The notes beneath the pieces were generated by a model that was not told where the DNA came from, searched no databases, and worked only from the letters and a program-made list of their open reading frames with translations. Of a stretch of 64,000 nucleotides of DNA, positions 37,542 through 46,639 are shown piece after piece. Positions within the stretch are counted from its first letter, which is position 1; every line of letters begins with the position of its first letter. The DNA is from an uncultured Chitinophaga sp. (lineage in GTDB: Bacteria > Bacteroidota > Bacteroidia > Bacteroidales > GCA-2748055): contig CAYOLQ010000007.1 of assembly GCA_964404825.1 (NCBI GenBank), forward strand, positions 2,346 through 66,345, written 5' to 3'. The position numbers and the translations under genes were made by a program.

Positions 37542-39056
37542 ATGACACATTTCAGGAAATTCCGGTTTTTACTGATAGTTATTTTTCTCATTTCATCATT
37601 TACTTTATTTGCCTCTTCAGGTAAGAATGATACTTTAATCCCGAATCAAACTATACAGGCAAGTTTTCAGGATAGCACAGTCTCTTCAGATTCAGTATCT
37701 GTAACTCCGATTAAAAATACCAAAGCAAATTTAATTCCGGCGAAAAACCAGTATAAGTTTAACTTTCTTACTATACTGCGTGGTCTGATTGGCATGCTTG
37801 TTTTAATTGGAATTGCTTATGTTTTCAGTGATAACAGGAAGGCAATTTCATGGAAAATAGTTGGTTACGGACTTTTGATTCAGGTGATACTGGCAATCGG
37901 AGTACTTCAGGTGCCTTTCATTCAGGGAACGTTTGAATTTATAGGAAAGTTATTTGTTAAAGTACTCGATTTTACCAATGAAGGGACAAAGTTCCTTTTT
38001 AGTTCATATTCTACCGGGGTTATCGAAGCTCCCTTGCAGACTTTTGCCATAAATATCCTTCCTACCATAATATTTTTCTCAGCTCTTACATCTGTTCTTT
38101 TTTATTTTGGGATCATTCAGAAAGTAGTCTGGCTCCTGGCATGGGTGATGACCCGTGTACTGAAACTCTCTGGCGCTGAAAGTCTTTCGGTGGCCGGAAA
38201 TATTTTTCTGGGCCAAACCGAATCCCCTTTAATGATAAAGGCCTACCTCGAAAAAATGAACAAATCAGAGATGCTTCTGGTTATGGCTGGAGGAATGGCA
38301 ACTTTGGCAGGCGGTGTGCTTGCTGTATATATTAATTTTCTCGGGGGAGATGATCCGGTGCAAAAATTATTATTCGCTAAACACCTCCTTGCTGCATCTG
38401 TAATGGCAGCACCAGGTGTGGTTGTCATCTCAAAAATTCTCGTTCCCCAAACAGAAGATATCAGCCAGGAAGTTGTGATTACACAGGATAAAATAGGTAA
38501 AAATGTGCTGGATGCCATAAATAATGGCACGTACGAAGGATTGAAACTTGCAGTGAATGTTGCTGCTATGCTTCTGGTATTTATTGCTTTTCTGGCCATG
38601 ATAAACTTTACCTTTATTAAAATAGGGAACTGGACCAGTCTGAACGAGTGGATAAGTTCCTTTACCGACGGCAGGTACAATCAGCTTTCCCTGCAGTTTA
38701 TTCTTGGTTATTCTCTTTCACCTCTTATGTGGCTAATTGGCGTAAATGTTCATGATATTACCCTGGTTGGTTCGCTGCTCGGAGAAAAACTTATAATGAC
38801 AGAATTTGTCGGATATATTAGTCTGGCAAACCTGAAAAACACAGGAGCTTTTTCCGATCCAAAATCCATTATCATGGCTACTTACATGCTCTGTGGCTTT
38901 GCGAATTTTGCATCGATAGGAATACAGATTGGCGGCATCGGCGCACTGGCGCCGGGAAAAAGAGTTATGCTGGCAAAATTCGGCATGCGTGCACTATTAG
39001 CCGGTACACTTGCATCATTACTTTCAGCCACAATTGTTGGCGTAATATTGTCCTAA
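37542..39056 (+). CDS. NupC/CNT-family concentrative nucleoside transporter with ~90-aa N-terminal extension
   Basis: 504 aa with motifs ESLSVAGNIFLGQTESPLMIKAYL, MAGGMATLAGGVLAVY and ATYMLCGFANFASIGIQIGGIG. Confidence 0.85.
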   Translation: MTHFRKFRFLLIVIFLISSFTLFASSGKNDTLIPNQTIQASFQDSTVSSDSVSVTPIKNTKANLIPAKNQYKFNFLTILRGLIGMLVLIGIAYVFSDNRKAISWKIVGYGLLIQVILAIGVLQVPFIQGTFEFIGKLFVKVLDFTNEGTKFLFSSYSTGVIEAPLQTFAINILPTIIFFSALTSVLFYFGIIQKVVWLLAWVMTRVLKLSGAESLSVAGNIFLGQTESPLMIKAYLEKMNKSEMLLVMAGGMATLAGGVLAVYINFLGGDDPVQKLLFAKHLLAASVMAAPGVVVISKILVPQTEDISQEVVITQDKIGKNVLDAINNGTYEGLKLAVNVAAMLLVFIAFLAMINFTFIKIGNWTSLNEWISSFTDGRYNQLSLQFILGYSLSPLMWLIGVNVHDITLVGSLLGEKLIMTEFVGYISLANLKNTGAFSDPKSIIMATYMLCGFANFASIGIQIGGIGALAPGKRVMLAKFGMRALLAGTLASLLSATIVGVILS

Positions 39057-39073
39057 ACAGATAGCTTCGATTA

Positions 39074-42000
39074 ATGTCGCATGAAAAGAAATATCCGGAT
39101 ACTACACTTGCAGAAACAGGTGAAATGGCGAATATTGAAGATATTAAGCGAAAAATACGGGAATATGAACAGGAACTAAGTCGTCTTAAAAGCCTGGTCC
39201 GGGAAGGTCCCATAACTGAACCCCCTGAAAAGAAAGTGTCGGCATTGTCTTATGGCTTCAGCGTAGAAGAACTGGAGAAAATCTTCACAAATTCAAAATA
39301 CCACGAGACCTTTTTCAACCAGATTCCTTTCATGGTCTGGGCTAAAGATACAAATGGAAAGTTTTTATCAGCTAACAAAAGTTTCGCGGCTGCTTTTGGA
39401 AAGTTGCCAGAAGAGATAGTTGGTAGAAACGACTACGACTTCTCTCCCTCAATTTTTGCAGATAAATATACTGCAGACGACAATCTGGTTATCAGTACCG
39501 GTGAACAAAGGACCTTCGAGGAATTAATTCCTTTGAAAGATGGATTCAGATGGCATGAAACCCTTAAGATTCCTTTGATTGGAATCGACGGAAAGGTTGT
39601 TGGAACTGCAGGACTGGCAAGGGATATAACTGACCGGAAAAATTATGAAATTGCTCTAAAGGAAAGCGAAGAAAAATTCAGGGAGCTTGCCGAAAACACC
39701 AGTGATTCATTTGTACTCAGAAGTGGAAATAAAATTCTATATGCCAATCCTGCTTTTGAACAGATTTATGGGATAAAGAGAGAGGACCTCTATAAAAATC
39801 CAAATGTATATCTGGACTGGATTCATCCGGAAGACCGCTCCAGAATTGAAAATATTATCAAATCAAGGGAGCATAAATCGGCCTATATTTTTAATGAGCA
39901 ATATCGTATTGTACTTCCCGATAAATCGGTAAACTGGATCTGGCACAGATCGTATCCTGTCTGGAACGACAAAGGCGAAGTATACAGGGTAGTGTCGGTG
40001 AGCAGTAATATAACGGGTATAAAAGATCTCGAAGATAAAGTTCAGAAATTTCAGTCACAACAACAGGCCATCCTCGATAACATTCCCCATCAGGCATGGA
40101 TTAAGGATATGGATGGCAAGTACCTTATGGTTAATGAAGCTTTTTGCAGGTTTTTTGACTGGAAGGTAAATGATATTATCGGAAAAACGGATTTCGATTT
40201 GTGCGATGAAGAGCTCGCTCTTGATTATGTGCGGAAAGATAAAACAGTATGTGAGCAGCGAAAAGCTATCAGATTTATGGAAGTGGAGGATGGACGGTTC
40301 GGAAAACGGTATTCAGAAACTTTTAAAACCCCCGTTATTAATGAGAACGGAGAAGTTATAGGAACAGCGGGTATTTCAAGAGATATTACCGAGCAAAAAA
40401 TTGCAGAGCAGGCCCTCCTGAAAAGTGAAGAGAAATTTAAAGACCTGGTGACTCTGTTGCCGGAAATGGTCTTTGAAACAAACAGTAATCTGAAAATTAC
40501 ATTTGCCAACTTCAGTGCATTTGAACGTTTCGGTTACGAGCAGAATGATTTTGACAAGGGCCTTTCACTCTATGATCTCGTAGCTGAAAGGGAAATCGGG
40601 AGGGTTAAGGATGAAATCATTAATGCCCAGAATGGAGGTGAGCTCATAGCTGCAGAATATGTATTGGTCTCGAAAAAGGGTCATGAGTTTCCTGCTCTTG
40701 TTTATACAAACAACATGTACAATAATGGGAAATGGTCAGGTTTAAGAGGAGTTGCAGTCGATATCGCACAAAGAAAAATTTCTGAGGAAAAAGAAAAAGT
40801 CTATCAGGAGAAACTTAAGTTTCTTAGCAATACAGCTCTGGATTTTCTAAGTCTGATGCAGGATGAAGATATCTATATCTATACCGGCCGTAAGCTGAAG
40901 GAATTCATTCGCGAAGGATATGTGCTTGTCTCCCGGTTTAACGAATCCGAACATACAATTGAATTAGTTTATTTTTCGGTTAATGATGAGATTAAAGAAA
41001 CCATCAGAACTGAAACCGGTTTTAATGTTGATAACCTGAAAATTAAAATATCCCCGGAATCGGAGGCTGTTTTAATACAGAATGCAGAACACCTGATGGA
41101 ATTTACCGAAGGCGTTTACGAACTGTCATTTGGTACCATTCCACGACCTCAGTGCCGTATTGTAGAAAGGATTTTACAGGTCAGAAAGATATACGGGCTT
41201 TCATTGCTCAGAGGAGGAAAACTGTACGGAAGTGTTGAGATTATTACCAGTCAGGAAGACCTCGACGATAAACCTCTGATCGAAACCTTTATATACCAGG
41301 CTTCTATTGCACTTCACAGAAGACAACTGGAACAGGAGCTTATCGCAGCAAAATTCAAAGCTGAAGAATCCGATAAACTGAAAACAGCTTTTCTTGCAAA
41401 TATGTCGCATGAAATCCGTACCCCGATGAATGGTATAATTGGCATAAGTCAGCTTCTAACCCGCCAGGAAGTGGGAGAAAAAGACCGCAATGAATACCTG
41501 TCAATGATTAATGCCAACGGGAATATCCTGTTAAATCTTGTAAATGATATAATTGAAATCTCCAAAATAGAATCAAATCAGGTTGATCTCTTTGTATCAG
41601 AATTCTCCCTTAATAAACTTTTCCATGAGATGAACTGTTTCCTTCTTACTGAAAAGATGACCAAAAACAAAGATTCTGTTGAACTTTTAATGAGTCTGGG
41701 GAGAAAAGATGAAGAGTCATTTATTTATGCCGATAGACAAAAACTCAATCAAATCCTTCTGAATCTGATTGGTAATGCCATTAAATTTACTCTTTCCGGG
41801 CAGGTTGAATTCGGCTATTTCGTTAATGATGATAACAGGCTTGAATTTTTTGTAAAGGACACGGGAATCGGTATACCTGAAGATAAACTTGATTTAATAT
41901 TTAACCGTTTTACTCAGGCTGATCAGTCACTTACCCGGCCCTTCGGAGGATCAGGCCTGGGACTCGCGATTTCGAAAGGATTTGTTGAAATAATGCATGG

Positions 42001-42499
42001 GAAAATCTGGGCGGAATGCAGAGAAAACGGAGGTTCCATTTTCCGTTTCCATATACCGTTTAAACCATCATCACCCGGAGCTAAACAAGCTCCCAGAGTT
42101 AAACTCAGACCGGATGATTTCGACTGGGCAAAGTATCACCTTTTGGTAGTTGAAGATAATTACATGAGTTTTAAGTTGTTACAGGCCTTGCTGAAAAACA
42201 CAAAAGTAGTTATTCTGCATGCTGATAACGGAGAGCGGGCTATTGAAATGGTTAAAACACATCCTGAAATTGACCTTGTTCTTATGGATATTCAGCTTCC
42301 ACTAATGAATGGATATGAAGCGACAAAAGCAATAAAGCTTATCAGACCGGAATTAACTGTGATAGCACAAACCGCAAATGCTATGGACGAAGACAGATTA
42401 AAATGCCTGAATTCAGGTTGCAACGATTATATTACCAAACCCATTGTCTTTGAAACCTTTCTGACACTTATCGATAGTTATATTCAGGAGAAACACTGA
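39074..42499 (+). CDS. Cytoplasmic hybrid sensor histidine kinase/response regulator with four PAS domains and a GAF-like region
   Basis: 1141 aa with no TM helix. PAS linkers recur (ARDITDRKNYEIALKESEEKF, SRDITEQKIAEQALLKSEEKF, AVDIAQRKISE). Kinase motifs are the H-box ANMSHEIRTPMNGI, LNLIGNAIKFT, DTGIGIP and GGSGLGLAISK. The REC domain has LLVVEDN, DLVLMDIQLP and ITKP. Confidence 0.88.
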   Translation: MSHEKKYPDTTLAETGEMANIEDIKRKIREYEQELSRLKSLVREGPITEPPEKKVSALSYGFSVEELEKIFTNSKYHETFFNQIPFMVWAKDTNGKFLSANKSFAAAFGKLPEEIVGRNDYDFSPSIFADKYTADDNLVISTGEQRTFEELIPLKDGFRWHETLKIPLIGIDGKVVGTAGLARDITDRKNYEIALKESEEKFRELAENTSDSFVLRSGNKILYANPAFEQIYGIKREDLYKNPNVYLDWIHPEDRSRIENIIKSREHKSAYIFNEQYRIVLPDKSVNWIWHRSYPVWNDKGEVYRVVSVSSNITGIKDLEDKVQKFQSQQQAILDNIPHQAWIKDMDGKYLMVNEAFCRFFDWKVNDIIGKTDFDLCDEELALDYVRKDKTVCEQRKAIRFMEVEDGRFGKRYSETFKTPVINENGEVIGTAGISRDITEQKIAEQALLKSEEKFKDLVTLLPEMVFETNSNLKITFANFSAFERFGYEQNDFDKGLSLYDLVAEREIGRVKDEIINAQNGGELIAAEYVLVSKKGHEFPALVYTNNMYNNGKWSGLRGVAVDIAQRKISEEKEKVYQEKLKFLSNTALDFLSLMQDEDIYIYTGRKLKEFIREGYVLVSRFNESEHTIELVYFSVNDEIKETIRTETGFNVDNLKIKISPESEAVLIQNAEHLMEFTEGVYELSFGTIPRPQCRIVERILQVRKIYGLSLLRGGKLYGSVEIITSQEDLDDKPLIETFIYQASIALHRRQLEQELIAAKFKAEESDKLKTAFLANMSHEIRTPMNGIIGISQLLTRQEVGEKDRNEYLSMINANGNILLNLVNDIIEISKIESNQVDLFVSEFSLNKLFHEMNCFLLTEKMTKNKDSVELLMSLGRKDEESFIYADRQKLNQILLNLIGNAIKFTLSGQVEFGYFVNDDNRLEFFVKDTGIGIPEDKLDLIFNRFTQADQSLTRPFGGSGLGLAISKGFVEIMHGKIWAECRENGGSIFRFHIPFKPSSPGAKQAPRVKLRPDDFDWAKYHLLVVEDNYMSFKLLQALLKNTKVVILHADNGERAIEMVKTHPEIDLVLMDIQLPLMNGYEATKAIKLIRPELTVIAQTANAMDEDRLKCLNSGCNDYITKPIVFETFLTLIDSYIQEKH

Positions 42500-42513
42500 T
42501 ATTCACCTTTTCC

Positions 42514-43638
42514 ATGACAGCCATTCTGATTTTTTCAGCATGTATCAGTATTGCATATGCTATTATGATTGTCAGGTTCATAAAAGGCTGGAATTCAATT
42601 CCAGAATTCAGGTGCGGATCTTTAGATCAGCGGTTATATGTCAGCGTTATTGTTGCATTCCGTAACGAAGAAAAGAACCTCCCTGCTCTTTTCGATGCAC
42701 TCAGGCGACAATCATACCCTTCGAATGAGCTTGAATTTATTTTTGCCGATGATCATTCTGATGACGGGTCGGTTAGTCTTGTTGAAGTATTTGTATCTTC
42801 TGTTGCAAATGCCGGTCTAATCAGGTTAAGGGATGATGAGGAAGGGAAAAAGAAATCCTTGATTCGGGCCGCGCAAAGAGCCAGAGGGAAACTACTCGTT
42901 TTTACTGATGCAGATTGTCTTCCCGGACCAGATTGGATAAAAACCATTGCAGCTTATTATCTGGAAACCGGGTCTGTTTTAATTGCTTCTCCGGTTATTA
43001 TGAATCCGGAAAATAGCTTCTTTTCCCGTTTTCAGTCACTTGAATTTTTTAGTCTCATGGGATCTACTGCCGGATCATTCGGCATTCATGATCCCATTAT
43101 GGTAAATGGTGCAAACCTGGCAGCTGAAAGGGATGTGTATCTTCAAAGTATTGACAGTATTCTGAATCAAACCGCATCAGGTGATGATGTTTTTTTAATG
43201 CTCCATCTGAAAAAAGCATCTCCCGGCAAACTTAGTTTTTTAAAATCCCGCGAAGCAAGTGTCTTTTGCAGCCCCATTTCGGGTTTCTATTCTTTTATTA
43301 TGCAAAGAATGAGGTGGACATCAAAATCCAGGCATTACCGCGATTTATCAATAGTACTAACAGCCATTCTGGTTTTGCTTTTGAATTTCTGGTTACTGAA
43401 TTGCTTTGTATTGTCTTTTTTTCAGGATCAATTTATTTATGTCGGAGCAGGTGTATTTCTGATCAAATCGATTTTAGATTTTGTCTTCATTGGTAAGATC
43501 CTGAAGTTTTTCGGGAGGTCAGAGCTTTTGCGGATTTTTGTTTTATCTCAATTTCTTTATTTCCTTTATATTTCCTTTGTCGGCCTTGCAGGCAATATTT
43601 TCCCATCAAAATGGAAGGGAAGAAGAGTAAATTTATAA
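42514..43638 (+). CDS. Membrane-embedded GT2-type glycosyltransferase with D,D,D,QxxRW signature (processive or lipid glycosyltransferase-like)
   Basis: 374 aa with an N-terminal TM helix. Motifs are FADDHSDDGS, FTDADCLP, GANLAAERD and QRMRW (43303-43317), followed by 3-4 C-terminal TM helices. Confidence 0.75.
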   Translation: MTAILIFSACISIAYAIMIVRFIKGWNSIPEFRCGSLDQRLYVSVIVAFRNEEKNLPALFDALRRQSYPSNELEFIFADDHSDDGSVSLVEVFVSSVANAGLIRLRDDEEGKKKSLIRAAQRARGKLLVFTDADCLPGPDWIKTIAAYYLETGSVLIASPVIMNPENSFFSRFQSLEFFSLMGSTAGSFGIHDPIMVNGANLAAERDVYLQSIDSILNQTASGDDVFLMLHLKKASPGKLSFLKSREASVFCSPISGFYSFIMQRMRWTSKSRHYRDLSIVLTAILVLLLNFWLLNCFVLSFFQDQFIYVGAGVFLIKSILDFVFIGKILKFFGRSELLRIFVLSQFLYFLYISFVGLAGNIFPSKWKGRRVNL

Positions 43639-43641
43639 AGG

Positions 43642-44850
43642 ATGGTAAACGAATCCACACCCGCAACAATTGCCTGGAATAAATTCAGGAGAAATCCTTT
43701 AGCCATAGCAGGACTTCTGATTATTATTTTCGTTGTTTTAACAGCAATACTTGGATACCTTATTTGCCCTGATAAAACGCCATTTGCAAACACGCAGCAT
43801 CTTGAACTTTCCGGTAAAAAACCCGGATTCAGGGTTTCGATGTTAAAAGTCAGAAAAAATGAGATCTTTGATCAATCTGGTTTTTTCCGTACGATGTTTT
43901 ATGGCCGTGAAGCTGAATTTGAAGAGATACCATTTTCAGATTATTCTTTTGATGACCGGCAATTGATACTAACCGAATTTACAGATGTTCCTGATGAAGA
44001 GGTATTTTTAAAAACATTGAACATTGTGGATATTGTGTACCCTGTTGCTTCCGGTTTCACGATTCGGAATTTCGAAGAAAACGACAGTATTTCCTTTCAG
44101 CAAATCGGCGGAAATGAAGTTTTTACCACTATTTCAGCATTAAGAGACGTAATTGAAGAAGATTATATTTCCGAAAGAGTGTTTTATCTGGGAACCGATC
44201 GTTTCGGACGTGATCTGCTCAGCAGACTGATACTCGGTGCAAGGATTTCTCTTATGGTAGGCTTTATTGCAGTAAGCATTTCTCTGGTGATAGGTATAAG
44301 TATGGGCGCAATTGCCGGATATTACAGAGGAAGAATCGATAATCTTATCATGTGGGTAATAAATGTTATATGGTCTGTACCTACACTATTACTCGTCATA
44401 GCCCTGACAATGGTTATTGGTCGTGGTTTCTGGCAGGTGTTTGTTGCTGTTGGAGTAACCATGTGGGTTGAAGTTGCCCGTGTTGTAAGGGGGCAGGTAC
44501 TTAGTCTGCGTGAAAAGGAATTTATAGAAGCAGCAAAAGTACTTGGGTATAGCGATACGCGCATTATTCTGAAGCATATTATTCCAAATATTATTTCTCC
44601 CGTTATTATAATTTCTGCAGCTAATTTTGCATCTGCAATCCTGATTGAAGCAGGACTAAGTTTTCTGGGAATCGGTGTTCAGCCACCCATGGCATCATGG
44701 GGAGGAATGGTAAAGGACCATTACGGGTTTATTTTAGCCGGAAAAGCATATCTGGCTTTTATCCCGGGGTTTGCAATTATGCTTATGGTACTTGCTTTTA
44801 CAATGCTTGGTAACGGTTTGAGGGATGCGTTTGATATACGCAAGGAATAA
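43642..44850 (+). CDS. ABC transporter permease, OppC/DppC-like, with a large loop after TM1
   Basis: 402 aa with an OppC_N-like start (AWNKFRRNPLAIAGLLIIIFVV). The EAA loop is EFIEAAKVLGYSDTRIILKHIIPNI. No cognate OppA/B/D/F genes are in the window. Confidence 0.8.
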   Translation: MVNESTPATIAWNKFRRNPLAIAGLLIIIFVVLTAILGYLICPDKTPFANTQHLELSGKKPGFRVSMLKVRKNEIFDQSGFFRTMFYGREAEFEEIPFSDYSFDDRQLILTEFTDVPDEEVFLKTLNIVDIVYPVASGFTIRNFEENDSISFQQIGGNEVFTTISALRDVIEEDYISERVFYLGTDRFGRDLLSRLILGARISLMVGFIAVSISLVIGISMGAIAGYYRGRIDNLIMWVINVIWSVPTLLLVIALTMVIGRGFWQVFVAVGVTMWVEVARVVRGQVLSLREKEFIEAAKVLGYSDTRIILKHIIPNIISPVIIISAANFASAILIEAGLSFLGIGVQPPMASWGGMVKDHYGFILAGKAYLAFIPGFAIMLMVLAFTMLGNGLRDAFDIRKE

Positions 44851-44875
44851 GTGAACGCTTATTAACGTGCTTACG

Positions 44876-45712
44876 CTAATTAAACCTTTTCTTCTTTAAA
44901 ATCCAATATGAAATAAGTAAAAGGATTGCAATCAGAATGAAGGTAAGTAAAAGGTTTTGCCAGATAGGTAATCCAACCGTTGTAATGGTATCTAGAGGGT
45001 TTTTATCCGGATCCGGTGGAGGCCCACCTGCCACTTTTTGCATATTTTGCTGAATCATTGATAAAACCTCTGGTCTGGGGGTGAGATTGGTCACGAATTT
45101 GGAAGGAAAGTAAAATCTGAAATCTTCAGGAACATTAACACGGATAATGGGTTCGATGATTACTCTGTACATCAGATAAACCACACCTGATACAATCATA
45201 TTTCTGAATATCAGCGAAAAAAGCAATCCGAAAGACAGGTAAGTAAAAATCTGAACGAAAAGTGTGGCCATGATCCAGGATCGCTCGAAAGCCATTCCTA
45301 AGGTTAATTTATAACTGTAAACAAAACCGGAGGCAACACTGGAGAATCCCACGAGAAGAATAACATAAAATGATAAGATGGTAATCAGGATAATCTTTTG
45401 CATAAGAAGATCTGTACGGCTTAATCCAAATATCAGCTGCTGCTTATAAGTTTTGTTATTAAATTCGTTACAGGTCATCATAATTACAAGTAATACAAGG
45501 CTGATATTATAAAAGCTCGAAATCCAGGTTGTGAAATTCCAGACATGCGGGAACTGGTAAAGAGGAAGAATGGTAACAAAGGGGATTTTCATGTCGATCC
45601 TCGGGATAAAGAATATTCCCACAATGAAAAGTACAAGATGCAACCCGATTAATATCCTGAAAGGTATATAGTTGAGCGTTTTTTGAAGTTCTATTTTTAG
45701 CAGTTTTATCAT
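44876..45712 (-). CDS. ABC-2-type exporter permease
   Basis: 278 aa with about 6 TM helices. It begins 4 nt downstream of the ABC ATPase gene on the same strand. No sharper motif was found. Confidence 0.55.
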   Translation of the reverse strand: MIKLLKIELQKTLNYIPFRILIGLHLVLFIVGIFFIPRIDMKIPFVTILPLYQFPHVWNFTTWISSFYNISLVLLVIMMTCNEFNNKTYKQQLIFGLSRTDLLMQKIILITILSFYVILLVGFSSVASGFVYSYKLTLGMAFERSWIMATLFVQIFTYLSFGLLFSLIFRNMIVSGVVYLMYRVIIEPIIRVNVPEDFRFYFPSKFVTNLTPRPEVLSMIQQNMQKVAGGPPPDPDKNPLDTITTVGLPIWQNLLLTFILIAILLLISYWILKKKRFN

Positions 45713-45716
45713 TGCG

Positions 45717-46616
45717 TTATTCTTTTACCAGTTCGAGAAACTGGCTTTCGAGAGATTTTTGATGAAGAATAATTTCGCTCAGTACAACTCCTTTTTCAAA
45801 CACATACTGGTTGAGATCAGATGAGTTATTTCCTTCCTTAAGGGCTACTTTTACTCCTGATTCTTCAGGAATGAGCTCAGTTAAAAACGGACACTTTTCA
45901 AGAATTTTCAACAATAGGGGTATATCGGCAGCTTTAATTTCAAGTATACTTTCGCCTTTAAGCAGTGCCTTAACATTCCCCTTAGCCAGCAATTGTCCGC
46001 TTTTTAAGATTGCAACATCGCTGCATACTTTTTCAACTTCGCTAAGAATATGGCTGGCCATTATTATAGTCTTCCCTGCCTCAGCCTGTTGTATAATGAG
46101 TTCCCTTACTTCGGCAATTCCTTCAGGATCAAGACCATTAGTGGGTTCGTCAAGTAACAGTATTTCCGGATTCCCCAGAAGAGTCGATGCAATTCCGAGT
46201 CTTTGTTTCATTCCCAGGGAAAGTGTTGAAAACCGGGATTTTCTTCTTTCATAAAGCTTTACAAGACTAAGGACTTTGGGGATATCTTCGGCTCCGCATT
46301 CTTTTATCCGGGTAATAATTTTGAGATTACTCTCAAGACTAAGGTATGGATAGAATGAAGGAGTCTCGATCATGGAGCCAATTCTTCTGCGAATTGCAGC
46401 ATGAGGTTTTTCACCAAACCAGGTAAATTCACCCTGATCCTGCTCCAGAATTCCCGAAAGAATAGAAAGAGTGGTGGTTTTTCCACTCCCATTGGGTCCC
46501 AGAATGCCATAAACCTGTCCCGGGAAAACTTCAATGTTTAATCCGGAAATGGCTTTGACTTTGCCATAGGATTTTGTAAGATTTTTTATTTGGAGAACTG
46601 GTTCAGAAAAGGACAT
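45717..46616 (-). CDS. ABC transporter ATP-binding protein (ABC-2/DrrA-like)
   Basis: 299 aa with Walker A GPNGSGKTT, signature LSLGMKQRL, Walker B ILLLDEPTNGLDP and the H-loop SHIL. Confidence 0.88.
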   Translation of the reverse strand: MSFSEPVLQIKNLTKSYGKVKAISGLNIEVFPGQVYGILGPNGSGKTTTLSILSGILEQDQGEFTWFGEKPHAAIRRRIGSMIETPSFYPYLSLESNLKIITRIKECGAEDIPKVLSLVKLYERRKSRFSTLSLGMKQRLGIASTLLGNPEILLLDEPTNGLDPEGIAEVRELIIQQAEAGKTIIMASHILSEVEKVCSDVAILKSGQLLAKGNVKALLKGESILEIKAADIPLLLKILEKCPFLTELIPEESGVKVALKEGNNSSDLNQYVFEKGVVLSEIILHQKSLESQFLELVKE

Positions 46617-46639
46617 ATCAGGTGAATTGTTTAGAAAAA

